DNA of 64,000 bases from Batkoa obscura (Eukaryota), in the NCBI GenBank assembly GCA_030770535.1, contig JASVEC010000020.1:806001-870000 (forward strand), given 5' to 3'. A program made the position numbers and the translations under genes. Shown one piece after another: positions 38,406 through 52,328 of this stretch. The notes beneath the pieces were generated by a model. It saw nothing but the letters and a program-made list of their open reading frames with translations, was not told the DNA's origin and made no database searches. Every line of letters begins with the position of its first letter. The first letter of the stretch is position 1.

Positions 38406-39207
38406 GTATAATAGTTTCAATTTGCTCATCTTTAATTTTTTTGTATTTTTAATAATAGGTTGTAATGTTGACATTATTATTATTATTACTTATTTTTGAA
38501 TAATCATACCGATTTCTATTTATATTAAACCCAAAACTCTTACATTCATCAAAAGAATATACTGAAGCTATAGTTGATAATAACGCTACTTGTTGATTTT
38601 TATTTCCTATTTCCCTCAAAGCACTAATTTTATACATTACTTGATTAAGTTTATTATTATTGATAGTAAACTTTAATATATCTTTTCTTTGTTTTGTTTT
38701 GTTATAAAATTCCATAAACCTTGGGTTGTTATAAGTAGCTCTTAAAATTGATGTAAATGAATTACAATGTTTATATTGTGTACTCCTCCCTATTGTATTA
38801 AAATTTTCAAAAATTCCATTTGGAAGTTTAGTTATGAAAGTTTGCATTTTGTTTTTATTGTATCAAACTATATAATATAATAAATATTTTTATCAGCTAA
38901 AGTTTTAAATTTTTGGAATTTTCTAAATCAGGCATTTTATTTCTAAGCTATTAGTTTATAACTTTTATTTTTATACAAATAGCTATCAGGTATTAATACT
39001 TTCGATAAAATAGTATTATATAATATTAAATAGTTTTTTATTTAGTAAAGATCAGTTTTATATTTTTATCACAAAACACTTAAAAAATAATATTTAAACA
39101 TATCAAAAAATTGATTATATCATAGCATTTAAGTTAATAATAAATTTTAAATAGCTAGTTTTTAAATGCTAATACAATTATATATATAAATAAATATACT
39201 ATTATAT

Positions 39208-39306
39208 GAGGATGTATTTTTGTGTTTAAGAATTTTACTAACAAATTTTCCACTCAGATAGCGCTTAAAAAACGGAAAAATAATGAAACCAAAAAAAAAC
39301 AGCCCC
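39208..39306. mobile_element. MITE
   Basis: GAGGATG...CAGCCCC, ATAT TSD. Confidence 0.9.
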
Positions 39307-40298
39307 ATATTTATATTTAATAGTATTTAGATAAAATATTCATTATAAGCGAATGTAACTTAATTATCATTAACTTTATTAGGATGCTTATTGATATTAG
39401 GAATAATGTAATTTTCAATAAATTCAACTATAAGAAAGTATAAAAAAGTATAAAAAATGATGAGCAGGCGTTGTCATTGATTTATTAAGTAAATCAAATT
39501 TATTTTTTATATTATGATAATATTAAAGAAATCCATCGTATATTTATATACATTTTTTTAGCTTCTCAGCCGTTATTACTTATTATTGTTTCCATCTTGT
39601 CTTCCTTCGTTTTCACCCCTTTGTAATAATTTAAAACTGCAGTTTACATCCTTTAAATAAGTTCAGGATTATAAACAATTTTTAAAGTTTGCTTAGGTCT
39701 ATTACTTTTTGAAAAAGTACCAAAGTAAAATTTTGGTCAAAAATTTATCAATAAAATCATGGACCACCTGATCATTGACTCCAATATGCCCTGGCATAGT
39801 GACTCTATTAAACTTTAAATTTGGGGTGTTGAAATTGTATTGCCTTTTTAATAATTCTGGTGCTTTAAATTTTTCCAGAGAGTGTCCGAAAACGGAGATT
39901 CTAACATCAATGTATCCAGTTTACTGCTTGTTACTGCCATTTTATAAAATTTGATATTGTAGAAAGTAAATAATAGTATAAATATAAATATTCAAAATAA
40001 TAGTGAAATATTCTTTGAGTGTTCTTTTTTATTTGAATACCTTTTTAACTAAATTGGACTGGGTGCACTGAATTTGAACAATACTTATTAGTAATAAAAG
40101 ATGCTTTTTATTATTAATTTGTTTATTGTTATTTATTTTCAGTACAGTTTTAGTTTATAAATCGATTATTATATTTTTAATTACTTATAATAACAAAAAT
40201 ACTTATATAATCAATACCTGGATTTATAAATTTTTTAATATGATATTTAAAAATTAAATTGAAAAAATAATCATAACTTTCTTTAAATAATAACAAAC

Positions 40299-40394
40299 GG
40301 GGATGTTTTTTTGGTTTCATTACTTTTCCATTTTTAAGCGCTATTTAAGTAGAAAGATTGTTAGTAAAATTCTTAAACAAAAAAATACATCCCC
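40299..40394. mobile_element. MITE
   Basis: GGGGATG...CATCCCC, AAAC TSD. Confidence 0.9.
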
Positions 40395-40662
40395 AAACAT
40401 TCAAATTTAAGTACTTTAGTTATTGTTGCCAAAAATTTAATTTGATATAAAAATAAACTAAAGAGTGGAGATACTTCAGTAAGCTTTTGCTCTAATAAAG
40501 TGTTTTACTACTTAATTTTTTTACAACTGAGGATGCTTTTATATTTATTTTTTTGTAAAATTGTAACATCTCAAAAACACCCATTTTGTCTTTAGATAGC
40601 CTGTATAAATAAGCTTAGTATCCTTTTTTTTTGTTAATTTGAATCTTCAAAATATAAAATAT

Positions 40663-40759
40663 GGGGATGCATTTTTTCGTTTAAGAATTTTACTAACAAT
40701 CTTTTCACTCAAATAGCGCTTAAAAGATGAAAAAAGTGATGAAATCAAAAAACACCCTC
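40663..40759. mobile_element. MITE
   Basis: GGGGATG...CACCCTC, ATAT TSD. Confidence 0.9.
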
Positions 40760-41039
40760 ATATCTTAAAGCTAATTTTCACCTTTTAGTCTTTATACAAA
40801 TATTAAATTGCTTAGAAAAATATTATTTCTTGAGTTTTTAAGCATTTGTACAGCAGCTCCAGATATATTATCTATCTTGCTGATTGATCCTCTCATGATC
40901 TATTTGAATGTTTATTCTATTTTAATAAAAAGATGTTTGCCTATTAGATTTAAGATAATCAAAAAAATAAATCAATATCAAACTAATAAAAAACGTAATG
41001 TTTAAAAATTTAATAATAAAGAGGCAGAAGTAATGATTT

Positions 41040-42990
41040 TTAATAATGATAAGCTTCTCCATTCAAAACATCAGTGCTCAAACCATTTGAATTTTTCAAA
41101 TCATCTTTCAAAATACTTTTAAAAATTTCACTAGCAGGCTAAAAAATGCAGTGTCACAGTTAAAGGATTGTTAAGAGAATGTATTATACTAATCTTACAT
41201 GTACATAATTGTCCTTTCTACAGTAATTTTCAATAAATAAATTGTTTTCATCTTTGCTATTTTTTTGCAAACAAAATAAATATATTTGATCTAAAATAAA
41301 CATTATAATGTTAATATTTCAATTCAATTCGCATTCTTGTATATACAAAAATAATACAATAACTGCAGATATACTTACTATGTAACATTTTCAACATATG
41401 GGAGTAATAAAAAGGGTCTTCAATACAAATCGATTGGATAAAATTGATCGCCTCTAAATCTTCAATCTCACTAAAATCATGCCCAATTTTAAATAAAAAA
41501 TATTCCCCTAATAAAAATAAAAAATATTTTGATAGTTTAAAAATCTCAAGGATTTGATTCCTTACCTTTCTCCAACTTTTTCAATAGTTCATATTTAACC
41601 GCGTTGTCCGGCTCAATTAATATTTTATGATAACAAGAATAAGGTAATTGGTCCAATTCTTTTTTTTGTTTCTCTTTGACTTCCAAAGTAATACCATTTC
41701 GGTTTTTCCTTAATTCCATTGATGTGTTACATTTTGAAAAATCACTATACAGTTCAATGAAATTCTCTTCGCCCAATTGTAACTAAAAATCATGAGTAAG
41801 GAATGGAGAATTTCAAGAATATAGGCCTTACATTAGTCAAATAATTCGAAATTGTTACTTTTGAAAGTTCGTTGTCTATTAGGAATAAAGTTTCTATTCT
41901 AGAATACAATTCTTGTATTGGGATGGTATATACGTTGATATTTACCCTTTTTGTTTTCTATTAAAGCAGAAAAATTAAAAACAATTTAACTAAAACAATG
42001 GTAACTAACATGAACACTTTTAGAATAATAAACTTCTGCGTCATTTGATAACTTGTATAAATTAACATTAAAAATAACATCGGTGCTAAAATAAAAGAGT
42101 ATTGGCTCATGAATTTTAGATAAAAACGACTAATATTTATAGTTACTTTCCCTGTTCCCTAATTATTTTCTCTATTCCATATCTATTTTTCAATTCCATC
42201 TCCCATTCTCTACCAATACTTATACCAGCATTAAAAAGTAGCAACCTTATATCATTTCCATCATCTAAACTAAAAAATCAACTTCTTATTGCTCATTTAA
42301 TCACAATTCGTTTTTTTACCTAAACCACTCTTCATCATCTTTTATTAAATGAAATAAATTCAAATGATGGAAAATAAATCCAAGCTCTCTATCTTTTTTA
42401 TTGATATTGTTTAATTCTTCATTTAATTTTCTGATACTTTTCGTTATTAACTGCTGATACGATATTATAGCTTTGTTTTCGGCAATATCATAGCTGGATG
42501 GGGTGAATATCTAAATTATTATAAATATTGATAAAAGAGGTTATTTGAGATTATGTAATTACGTTTTCATTTTGATAGAATTTCTGGCTTAAATCTATTA
42601 TCTTTGTCGGTATATATGTGCCATTGTTTTGATAGGTGAAGGACTAATGTATGTGGATAAAGTTAAAGTTTAATAAATTCAATTCTAACATCTAAATCCT
42701 TACCTTGCCGCTTATCTCAGAATAAAAACATCGTTGTATATTACTATGCTTCTCTATCACATTGATAATTGTATTCCATAGATTTGAGCTTAGATCTAAT
42801 AAATTTTTCATTGATTATCAATTGTATTCTCTCTTTTTTATTATAGTTTACCTCGTTTGTAGTTCTCAAAGTCAGCAGATTCATTATTAAAATGAAGATA
42901 ATCCAAAGGATTATAAATTAGCCATAAATAATTGTTTTTAGTACTTTTAGGTTGGGTCAAATTGTAAAATAAGTGCTCTTTTAGTTCCAT
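41040..42990 (-). CDS. Multi-exon hypothetical protein, divergent from POL5 (possible frameshift near 42250)
   Basis: ATG at 42990 (MELKEHLFYNLTQPK...), a series of short exons bounded by GT/AG, and ORF 41546-41776. No family recognised; boundaries are tentative. Confidence 0.5.
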
Positions 42991-43349
42991 TGATTGTTGA
43001 TGAGAAAGTTAAAAATATCGTCAATATTTTTTTAAATGTAAGTTTTTGAGTTTAAAATAGTGTTAAGAAAATTCTAATTTTTATTAAGCGAATTATGGGA
43101 TCAGGCCAAGTAAAAGTTGATATTAAGTTATATGTTGCTTTTCGTGTTGTATATCATATAATATTGTTCTATATTATTAATATTAATTAATATCATTTTT
43201 ATACTATTGCAATAATGTTTGTTACACTTTAAAAATTTTAAGTAACATTAAATCAATTTTGGCATAAAATTAAAAATCCTATAAAAAAACTTTTATAAAA
43301 AATCCAACCCCTAAAAAGCAGAATTCACTTTCATTTTTAATTTCAAAAG

Positions 43350-46300
43350 ATGAATTTAAACCAGAAATTGATGCCTTTATTCAGCTCGTTGGCCCTAAAT
43401 GATAAGACCCAGCGAATCTCAGCAAGTATACAGTTGATCACTTTGTTAAACGAATATCAAACCGAATTTATTCAAAAACAATCAAAAGGAACTTGGGAAA
43501 ATCAATTAAATGACATAAAAAATATCAAAGAGTGTTTACATCCTGATGTTTATTATTCATTGAATAGGCTTATTAAAGGTTTGGCTTCCGCTAGAGAATC
43601 AGCCAGACTTGGATATTCTCTCGCTTTGGCTGAGGTAATTAGAGAGGATTTATAGTTAAATTGATGGATAATTAATGATATTTTTTGTTTTAGTTGTTAA
43701 GATTATTGAATTACCTACCAGTAAGTATGATAGTGGATTTGATTCTAGAACATACTCCTTTAGGTACCAACTCAGAGGTAAATATGAGATTATTTATTAT
43801 ACGTTTCATTCATTTATTTGATTAGGAGAATAGAAATCATATGTTTGGAAGATTATTTGGGTTGAATAGTATAATAAGATCAAATCTACTGAATCAAAAA
43901 CAAATTGTATTTGAAGATTGGAAGTTGATTATTAATACTATATTTAATATTTCCAGTTATAAATCATATTTACTAAATCCTGCTTATGTAGTGTTGGAAG
44001 AGTTGGTGTTGGTGGTAAGTTAATTTTATATAATAAATATGTTTTCCTTTTTTTAATGTGTTACTTCCTGTGTAGGCTAAAAAAAGTGAGCATCAGAAAA
44101 AATTAGCAGAAACTCTTTGGGAAGCAGTTAATAAGATTGAGATTGGAAATAGTGAACATCTGGCTTTTTATCTATTAATTTTGACTAACTTTACGGTATG
44201 TTTTTGATGTTATTTTTATTTTATTTTATTACAATATTTAATATATGCCTTTTATAGGATTCATTAAGTGAAATAGGCAAAGACTTTAAGTTTATTCAGT
44301 TAGAAAATTTTGAAGATTTAGGTGAAATACTAGTAAGTTTATATATTATAATATCATAATAATTATAAAAAAATGTCTTTCTAGATTAAAAAATCAACAC
44401 ACGTACCAACTAATTTACCAAGTAGTTGGCAATTATTAATGGACGCTTTCTTTAAAGAAAACTTATTTACTAATCACTTCAAACTCGATCTCGGTAGATT
44501 TTGGGAGATTTGTGTCGAAAGTAAATAATATATTAATATACTAGTATAATACAATATTAACAATTTATTTACTATTAAAATAGATACACTATTTAAAATG
44601 TATAGAAAAAAAAATATTGAATTCGAAATGCTTGGATTAAAATTATTAAAAGCAATTATCCCATTGTTAAAAACAAATCAATTTCCACTTATTTTTTCAG
44701 AAAAATTAGTCACATTTTTGTATAATGTATCTAATCCAAGCAGTGAAACTTTCGCTTTAGCAAGTGAAGTTGTAAGTTTATTATTAATTATTTTTATATA
44801 TGTTAGTATAGTATTAATATACTTATTTTAGTTTAATTTGTTAAATAAAGTATTACAGTCAAATCCAATAGTAGGATTCTTAGTAGTAATAATGTTCAGT
44901 AATAGTTCTTTAAAAAGAAGAAAGAACGGATTAGTACATGATTTAATTAATGAGTTTACAAAAATATTGAGCTTAAAATCAATTAATGACTTTATAAATT
45001 ATTTAATTAAGGTATTTAATGCCGAAGAAGAGTAAATTATAGTATAATAATATAATAGTATCAATGCTAACATATTATTCGCTATCATTATTAGATTACA
45101 AGGATTATCGCCTTTAGAATCCCAAGAGTGGTCTATTCATCAGATGTCTCATGTATTAAAATATGCAAAATTAAAAGGGAGTGAAGATAGCTATATTAAA
45201 GTAATGGATTTTTTAACACTCCATTCTTTTTTCAATATCTCATTACCTGATTTAAATTCTCCAATTGAAATTGTAAGTTAATTTACAATAACTCATATTA
45301 TTATTATTGTATATTAATACTTCATTGTTTTTATTCTTATCTAGCTACGTATTAAGCCCAATTTCGATGTATCTAATGATATCCATCAACTTGCTCAAAA
45401 TAAGTTACTTTTATTACTAAAAGATAGTTTTAAGATGGCACCATTATCTGAAGGTAAGAAATAATAAAATAATAAAATAATCTTAACAATGTAATGAATA
45501 CTAATAACGATTTATAAATAGAAAAAACAGATATAAGAGCTAGAAATGCAGGATTTAAACAAAATCAAGAATTATGGATTCAACATGTGAATAAATTTAT
45601 ACAACAATTGAATTTAAGAGTCCAATTAAATCCCATTTTACCTTTATCTTTAGAATCAAAAGAACAATTGAATAAAGTAGAGCAATTATTAATTACTATT
45701 GAGTCAGAGATTGATAGCGATAGAACGAATCCTCACTTTGGTTTCTTTGTTTTAGTACAATTTCTGGAACTATTTTTAAATATTGATGGTAATGAAGCTG
45801 CTGCTTCTATTAAGGTGAATGATTTTTGAAATTTACCATTGTGGAGTATATTGAGTAATTTTATTTTTCATAGGAAGTCATTATCTGTTATGAAAAAATA
45901 TATACAGTAAAAAAAGGGAAAAGTAAAAAGAAAGCAGCCATAGAAGGTAATAGCAATAATAAACATACATTTAGTTGTTAATATTTTTTATCAGCTGATG
46001 GTACTGAACCAGTTGATGTATTAGTAGATTTATTGATATCTTATTTAACAAAGTCCAATACTTTATTTAAAGAAGTAATTGAATTGGTATTTGAAAGATG
46101 GTGCAGTTTAATAAAACAATCCACTTTAAGTTTAATATTTGATATTATTAATAATAGCGATGAAGATGATTTATTACAAGGGGAAGATGATGAAGAAAAT
46201 GATGATATTATCGAAATGGATGAAGATGAGATAAATGGAGATATGTTAAATGTAGATTTGATTAAAAATATTGCTTTTGATAGCGCAAAGATGGATGATG

Positions 46301-47320
46301 AGAACGAAGACGAAGAGGATGAGGGGGAGAATGAAGAAGAAAGCAGCGAAGAAGAAAATAGTGAAAAAGAGGAAAGTGATGACGACGACGAAAGTAGCGA
46401 AGAAGATGATGATGATGGAGAACAGGCGGGATTATTAGATGAAGAGTTGGCGAAAAAGGTTAAGAAAGCTCTTGGAAAAGCTGCAGTAACAAGTGACAAT
46501 GAATCTGACTTGGATGATGAAGAGATGTCAAAAATGGATGCTAATATCGAAGAAATGTTTAAACAGGCTAAATTGGCAAAAAAACAACAAGAAGGTATAA
46601 TAATTATATTATACTATATATGTTATATTGTATATTAACATTTTATATTTTTATAGAAACTAAAACAAGTATATCTCAACTTAAAGTGAAATTATTAGAA
46701 TGGATAAGCATCTACATAAATAAACAGGGAGACAATTTAAATATATTATATGTAATTGAACAATTATTGGTATTTATAAAGAAACATTCAGAAACATCAA
46801 TCACCAATCAAGCTGACATACTTCCATTTGAAAAAGGATGTAATATACTAATTAATAATGTAAAAAAGATTAAATTGAATCAAAAATTTCCAAAAGAAGA
46901 AATTAAGAGTGTTTTAGAAAATGCAATTACTTTAACAAATCTCACTAATGATTTGGTATATAAAACTTGTTCCAATGTAATTCAGAGTTTATTGGGCGAA
47001 ATTATTGAATGGGAAAATAAGGATTATGATAAGGTAATTTATTGCTATAATTTTATAATATAATTTAATAATATTGGTATTAATATTAGATTGTATTAAC
47101 AACATATACTAAAATCTTAGAAAACTTTTTTGAAAATGGAATGGCAACAACAAGGGATGGATTATTGATTGATTTGATGAGTTTGTCTCCTAAATTTGGA
47201 TGGCATTCCGCTACTAAAATCATAGAAAAAGTATCAATCGAGTCTAAAGCAAACCGTACAAAAGCTTGGATGGCTTTTGATATCTTACTTAAATTAGTCA
47301 CTACTAGTCAAAAGAAGGTA

Positions 47321-47352
<32 letters not shown>

Positions 47353-47894
47353 TAATATAATATGATATAATATAATAATAGTATACTAATAAGTTTAATC
47401 TAAAATAGAAATATTTTGATGAAGAAAAAGTCAGTTCATTTATTGAACCATTATATACCAAAGTATATTCGATTTTCAAAGCATCGTCACTTTCAAAAGA
47501 GCCATCTTCTTTAAAATTAGATCAACTAAAAAAGTTACTTTCCTTTTTGATTAAACTTAAATATTATTTGGAATTTAATAATCATTATAAGGTAATTATA
47601 ATAATATAATATTTTTATTGGTATTTTTATTGATATTTTTATTAGGAATATGATTTATTTTCAGCTGATGCATTTATATCAATATGTGATAAATTACTTT
47701 CACAACCTAACTTTATGAATAATGCACCATTAAGGGATTTAATCTATCAAATTACTGGGAAAAGATTTGAGTCTAAAACAAGGTAATTTTTTATCATTAT
47801 TAAGTGGTAATAAATATTCATATTAATATTTTTATAAAGAACTACCAAATCCAATTCAAGTTCCAAACTAAAAAAAGCTAAGCTTAATAATTAA
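43350..47894 (+). CDS. POL5: DNA polymerase phi / MYBBP1A-family nucleolar protein, multi-exon
   Basis: YSLNRLIKGLASARESARLGYSLALAE, FGRLFG, EPVDVLVDLLISYL and a long acidic tract ending DDEEMSKMD. Many GT-AG introns. Confidence 0.9.
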
Positions 47895-48143
47895 GTAAAC
47901 TAATTCTAAGCAATGGTATTAATACATCTATTTCCCACCTTAACCCCCCTTCTTTCTATTAAAAATATAGAGTAATGCTTTTATCTTTATTAATGTATTT
48001 TCACTTTAATTTTATTTGCCTTTTTTTAATATTTAATACTATAAATTAAATCAAATAAAAGTAACTTTTAAAAATTAAAACTTTAACTTTACTGAACAAA
48101 TTATAAAAAAAGGGAAAAAAATGAATCCTATAAAAATCATACT

Positions 48144-50131
48144 TTAACTCAACCCAATCTTAGCCATTGGTCTTTTCCAAATTTTAATGTGTCCTTTTTT
48201 ACATGTTGTAATAATTGCTTCTTCCCTGAAAACAATCGAGCATAAAGGATCTTGATGTACAGATTGGGCCTAACATTTATTTTTAAATAAACATTCTTTA
48301 AAGTTTATTATGATAATAGTAATTATTTTACTTACCATCAAGGGCTTCAACATCATCACTTGGTTCCTTGATTTCAATGGATGTAATACAGGCCCAATAG
48401 TATCCGCGTCTTTAACCCCAACTGTAGAATGTACTGAGTGAATACTTTGTGACCCTCTTCTAACTCTCTAATATATATTAGCCTTCCATCTTTTCATCTT
48501 CGTTAATAGTGCTACTTACCCCTTTAACCTTTGGCAACGCTCTTAACGAGAAATCCCATAGCAACAATTGACTATCTTCCCCTACGGAACCAAAGCGATA
48601 ATTCTCTTCATCACACTTCCAAAAATCAAAAGCTACCCCAGTTACCCAAGCATTATGTCCTTGACAACGTGCAATGATTTTTTGATCGGGATAGGACCAA
48701 ATTGTAATCAAATCATCTTGTCCTCCAGTTAATATATATTTACGATCTGGGCTCCAACAGACGCAGGTCATACCACCAAAGTAAGATGTAAAGATATCAG
48801 TTAAGCTAAAGGGGAAAAAAGGGATCAGTTTTTGCTATAAATAATGTGATTATATAATTAACTTACATCTCTTCATGATAATCAATGATTCTCAAACCAC
48901 CATCTAAACTAACTACAGCCAATAGTGAAAAATCAGGTGAAAAAGCAAATGCTACAGAAAGAACAAAAGTAAAGTTTAGTTGAAATTTAAAATATAAATC
49001 TCGTAATATCAATCACCTGATATAGGTTTTGTGGAAATTTGCCAATGAATTTGTGGGTTATATTTGGCGGTTAATTTCAAGCTTGGTTTAGTAATGCATA
49101 CTCTAAATGAATACAAATAAATAAATAACAATAGACAAATGTACAATAGTTTCATTACATGCTATTAGGCGTAGGTGAATTAGGTATAAAGCTTTGGTCA
49201 TCTTTATCCTTATCATAAACAATTAAGGAACCATCTGAATGTCCAACCAGAACTAAAGTTTCTGAGCCTGGTACCCATTTAATACTTGTTACTGAGCTGT
49301 TGTTAATGATACCCTGTGATTATTATGAATATGAATCAATTTTTCATTTTAAATATACAAAAAACTTACCTGTTTATTAATTCTCGAATATTTGCTAGAT
49401 AAAGGATCAAACCAAATTACATCTCCACTAGAAAGACCAATCACTACATCTAATTGTTCGCCAGAACGTGTTAATTTATTTACATCATGACATGTGGGAT
49501 ACGATTTGGTAAATATTATTTGTGATAAGGGCTCCTAAGTGCAAAAATAGTTAAAAGAGAACTCTTATTAATGTATAGCCTTCTACTGCTATTTTTCTAA
49601 CAGAAAAAAGTCTAGACTTACATGAGGCAATTGTATATCAACCCAGTAAAACGCTTTTCCCACATTGTAAAAAGCATACGTATGTTCCATAGTCCTAGAG
49701 AGCAAAATCGAGACTAAATTTTCATGTTGAATTATCTTTTGTACTAAACTGGAATTCGTTTTTGCTACTGAAGCTTTACTCTTTTTCTTTAAACTTGGTG
49801 TAAATAAACTAAATCCTTCTTTATCTAAGATACTAGTTAAATATTCTTTGTTCGTGTTGACAATACCGCTGCCACTACTAATACTAGTATTATTATTGCT
49901 ATTGTTGAGATTGGCAGTTGCTTCAGTATCTAAAGTTTCGATGAGTTCCGAGCTGATGTTTGGACTTTCTTTTAATTTCGGTTTACTATCTTTAAATTTC
50001 ACTGTCACTAAAGAGATACTTGTTCCCATTGTACCATTTGGTTGTAATGCTTCGCTAAGGTATATATCCTCTAATAAATGATATCGTCCCTCCGCCGATA
50101 TAAAGGCTTGTGTTTGAGGTGGTGGTTGCAT
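48144..50131 (-). CDS. creC: WD40 protein CreC/WDR20 family (deubiquitinase regulator), multi-exon
   Basis: [68 protein letters not shown] and IWKRP. Confidence 0.88.
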
Positions 50132-50534
50132 TTTTTTAGAGTTTTAATTATTTTTTAGATTATTAAAGGATTTTTTTTGAATTAGGTTTTTTGTATATGG
50201 TTAAATTTATTTTGATTCATTGATTCGTTCACTGAAGGAATCTTTCGCGTATACTAAGATTCAAGCTTTTGAAAAAGTGGCTTAAAAGTAAATAACAAGT
50301 TAGTCAAATATTTGATTCATAATATCAAAATCAACAACAATTTAGTTATATAATAATTTATTAAAAAGAATAGAATATATAAAAAATTATGAAACACTTT
50401 CCATATGTTACAACCTATAACTTAAGCCTAATAGAACAATTAAAATAGTCCTCAGTGAACTTTCCTTAATGAGATAATACAGAAAGTGGCAATTAATACA
50501 ATCAAAGTTCCCATAATTTACAGTTTGTAACTAC

Positions 50535-51813
50535 TTAATTAGTAAAAGTTAACGAAGTAGGGCTAGCAGGTAGATCTCCTAACAATCTAGTTCTTTCTGT
50601 TGCTGGTTTAATCATAGGACATATATCTCTTTTACATATCGGACACTAAAAAAGAAATGGATTAATTACAATTATTACTACTGCTAATCAATAGCTCTTA
50701 CAAATTTCTTTCTAGTAGTTAGCCAAGGATCTATATTAAACAAAAAATATTAAATATCAATCGTATACCGTCTAACTAAAGCCCCTTACCTATACATGCA
50801 ATATGAAACTCATGTCTACAAGGTAAAATCCTCAATTCGTCCTCATCAATATAATCCTCTAAACAAATTGCACATTCTTCAGGTTCATTCCCCTGTCTTT
50901 TAGCTATAAAAAAATCTCTGGTTGGCAAATTTTTAACAAAATCAGGTGGTGCTAATTGAGCTTTATAAAGTTGTCTTTGTCGAATCTTCCACATAACATA
51001 AACAAAAAACATCATTACCGTTGGTGATAAAATGGTTACTATGATGACATCTAATAGAGGTCTAGATTGTTATAAAGTTAGTTTTTATAATAGTCATAAA
51101 AAGAAATATTTTACTGAAAAAAATTATTTGGTTCCAATCGAATCAATAATGGATCTGGTCCAAGTCCAACGCATAAATCATGTAGCGTTTTGTATTCTTT
51201 TTGAGTGATAAAAACGGAGGGTATAGCAACATCATCATTATCGCCTATTCACAACAACTTTAATACACCTTTTAAAACAAAAAATAGCCAAGTTTACCAT
51301 CTGCATACATAGTGACCAATCCACTTCTTTCATTGTTTCCTACCACTACCCCTTGGAAGCCACTATTTTGCATATACCTTACCTTTTCAATAAAACTACA
51401 GTTACCCCGTTTAATTAAAGCGATCAAATTATCTTCTTGATAGAATTTCCCCAGTTTGATTAAAGTTTCATTTAACGAAAAGGAATGGCAGCCATCTGGT
51501 TCTTGTTGCCCCCAATTAGGTAATGTTTCTATTGGGATTAGCTTTCCTATATACCCTTTGGTCGGTAAACGTGGGCCAAAGGAGGCAATTCGGTCCTAAA
51601 GAAAGTTCGTTAGGTTAAGCTGTTGCTATAATCTGTGGTGTTACTTGAAATGTATCATTGGTTTTCTATATTAAATTAATTCATTAGTTTGCAATAATGT
51701 TATTTAGTATTTAAATTTACTAAAACATGCAAGGAACCGTTAACTACATTGATAATAGATAGTAGAGGTATACAACCTAGTAGATAAAATAAAATAAAGA
51801 TTATAGAGGGCAT
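50535..51813 (-). CDS. PA-domain transmembrane RING-H2 E3 ubiquitin ligase (RNF13/RNF167-like), multi-exon
   Basis: Signal peptide; ASFGP...DGC...IALIKRGNCSFIEKV (PA domain); TM helix; ECAICLEDYIDEDELRILPCRHEFHIACI (RING-H2). Confidence 0.88.
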
Positions 51814-52231
51814 ATAAGTTGGATTGAACGTTTTTAAAAGTCTTTTTGGAAGAAAAAATTGAAGCTGATAAAAATAAAAAAGAATCAAATACAAAAAAAG
51901 CTTGATTTTCTTTATTTTTTGTAAGTTGGTTTTTTTACCCCATTTTTTTAGCAAAAACAGTCACTAGTTTGAAAAAAGCATATTCTAAAAAAACTCCAAG
52001 CTTGTTCTATATGGAATACAATATGATTCGTTCATAAAAATGAGTTCATTTTTAATAACTAAAAATCTTAGCAGTTTAAAATGTGGTAATTGTCAAGTAA
52101 ATTTATCTGACAAAATTACACATTTGAGCTTGATCATTTGGTAATTATTACTTAAAAACTTGGATTTATCAAAAATCACATTCGTACATTTAGAATGAGA
52201 TATTATAAATAATTAAAAGTTGGCAATAAAT

Positions 52232-52328
52232 GAGGGTATATTTTTGTGTAACAATTTTATTAACAATTTTTCCGCTCAAATAAGGCTTAAAAGGTAGAAA
52301 GAGTAATGAAACCAGAAAAAACATCCCC
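52232..52328. mobile_element. MITE
   Basis: GAGGG...CATCCCC, AAAT TSD. Confidence 0.85.

Larger units (their letters stand above)
36180..38858 (-). mobile_element. Sola-like transposon copy G (nested in F; core deletion; solo LTR and 3 MITEs; 5' end lost)
   Basis: 3' TIR GGGGTTATCTAAATTAGTTTCA at 36180. Transposase fragments 37130-38847. Confidence 0.88.

Noticed and set aside
16170..40759. CRISPR-like or regularly spaced repeat array
   Set aside because: The repeats are ~98-bp elements with TIRs and TSDs, irregularly spaced in both orientations, in a eukaryotic context with no cas genes.
46041..46499. 152-aa Ser-rich minus-strand ORF
   Set aside because: Antisense of the POL5 acidic tract.
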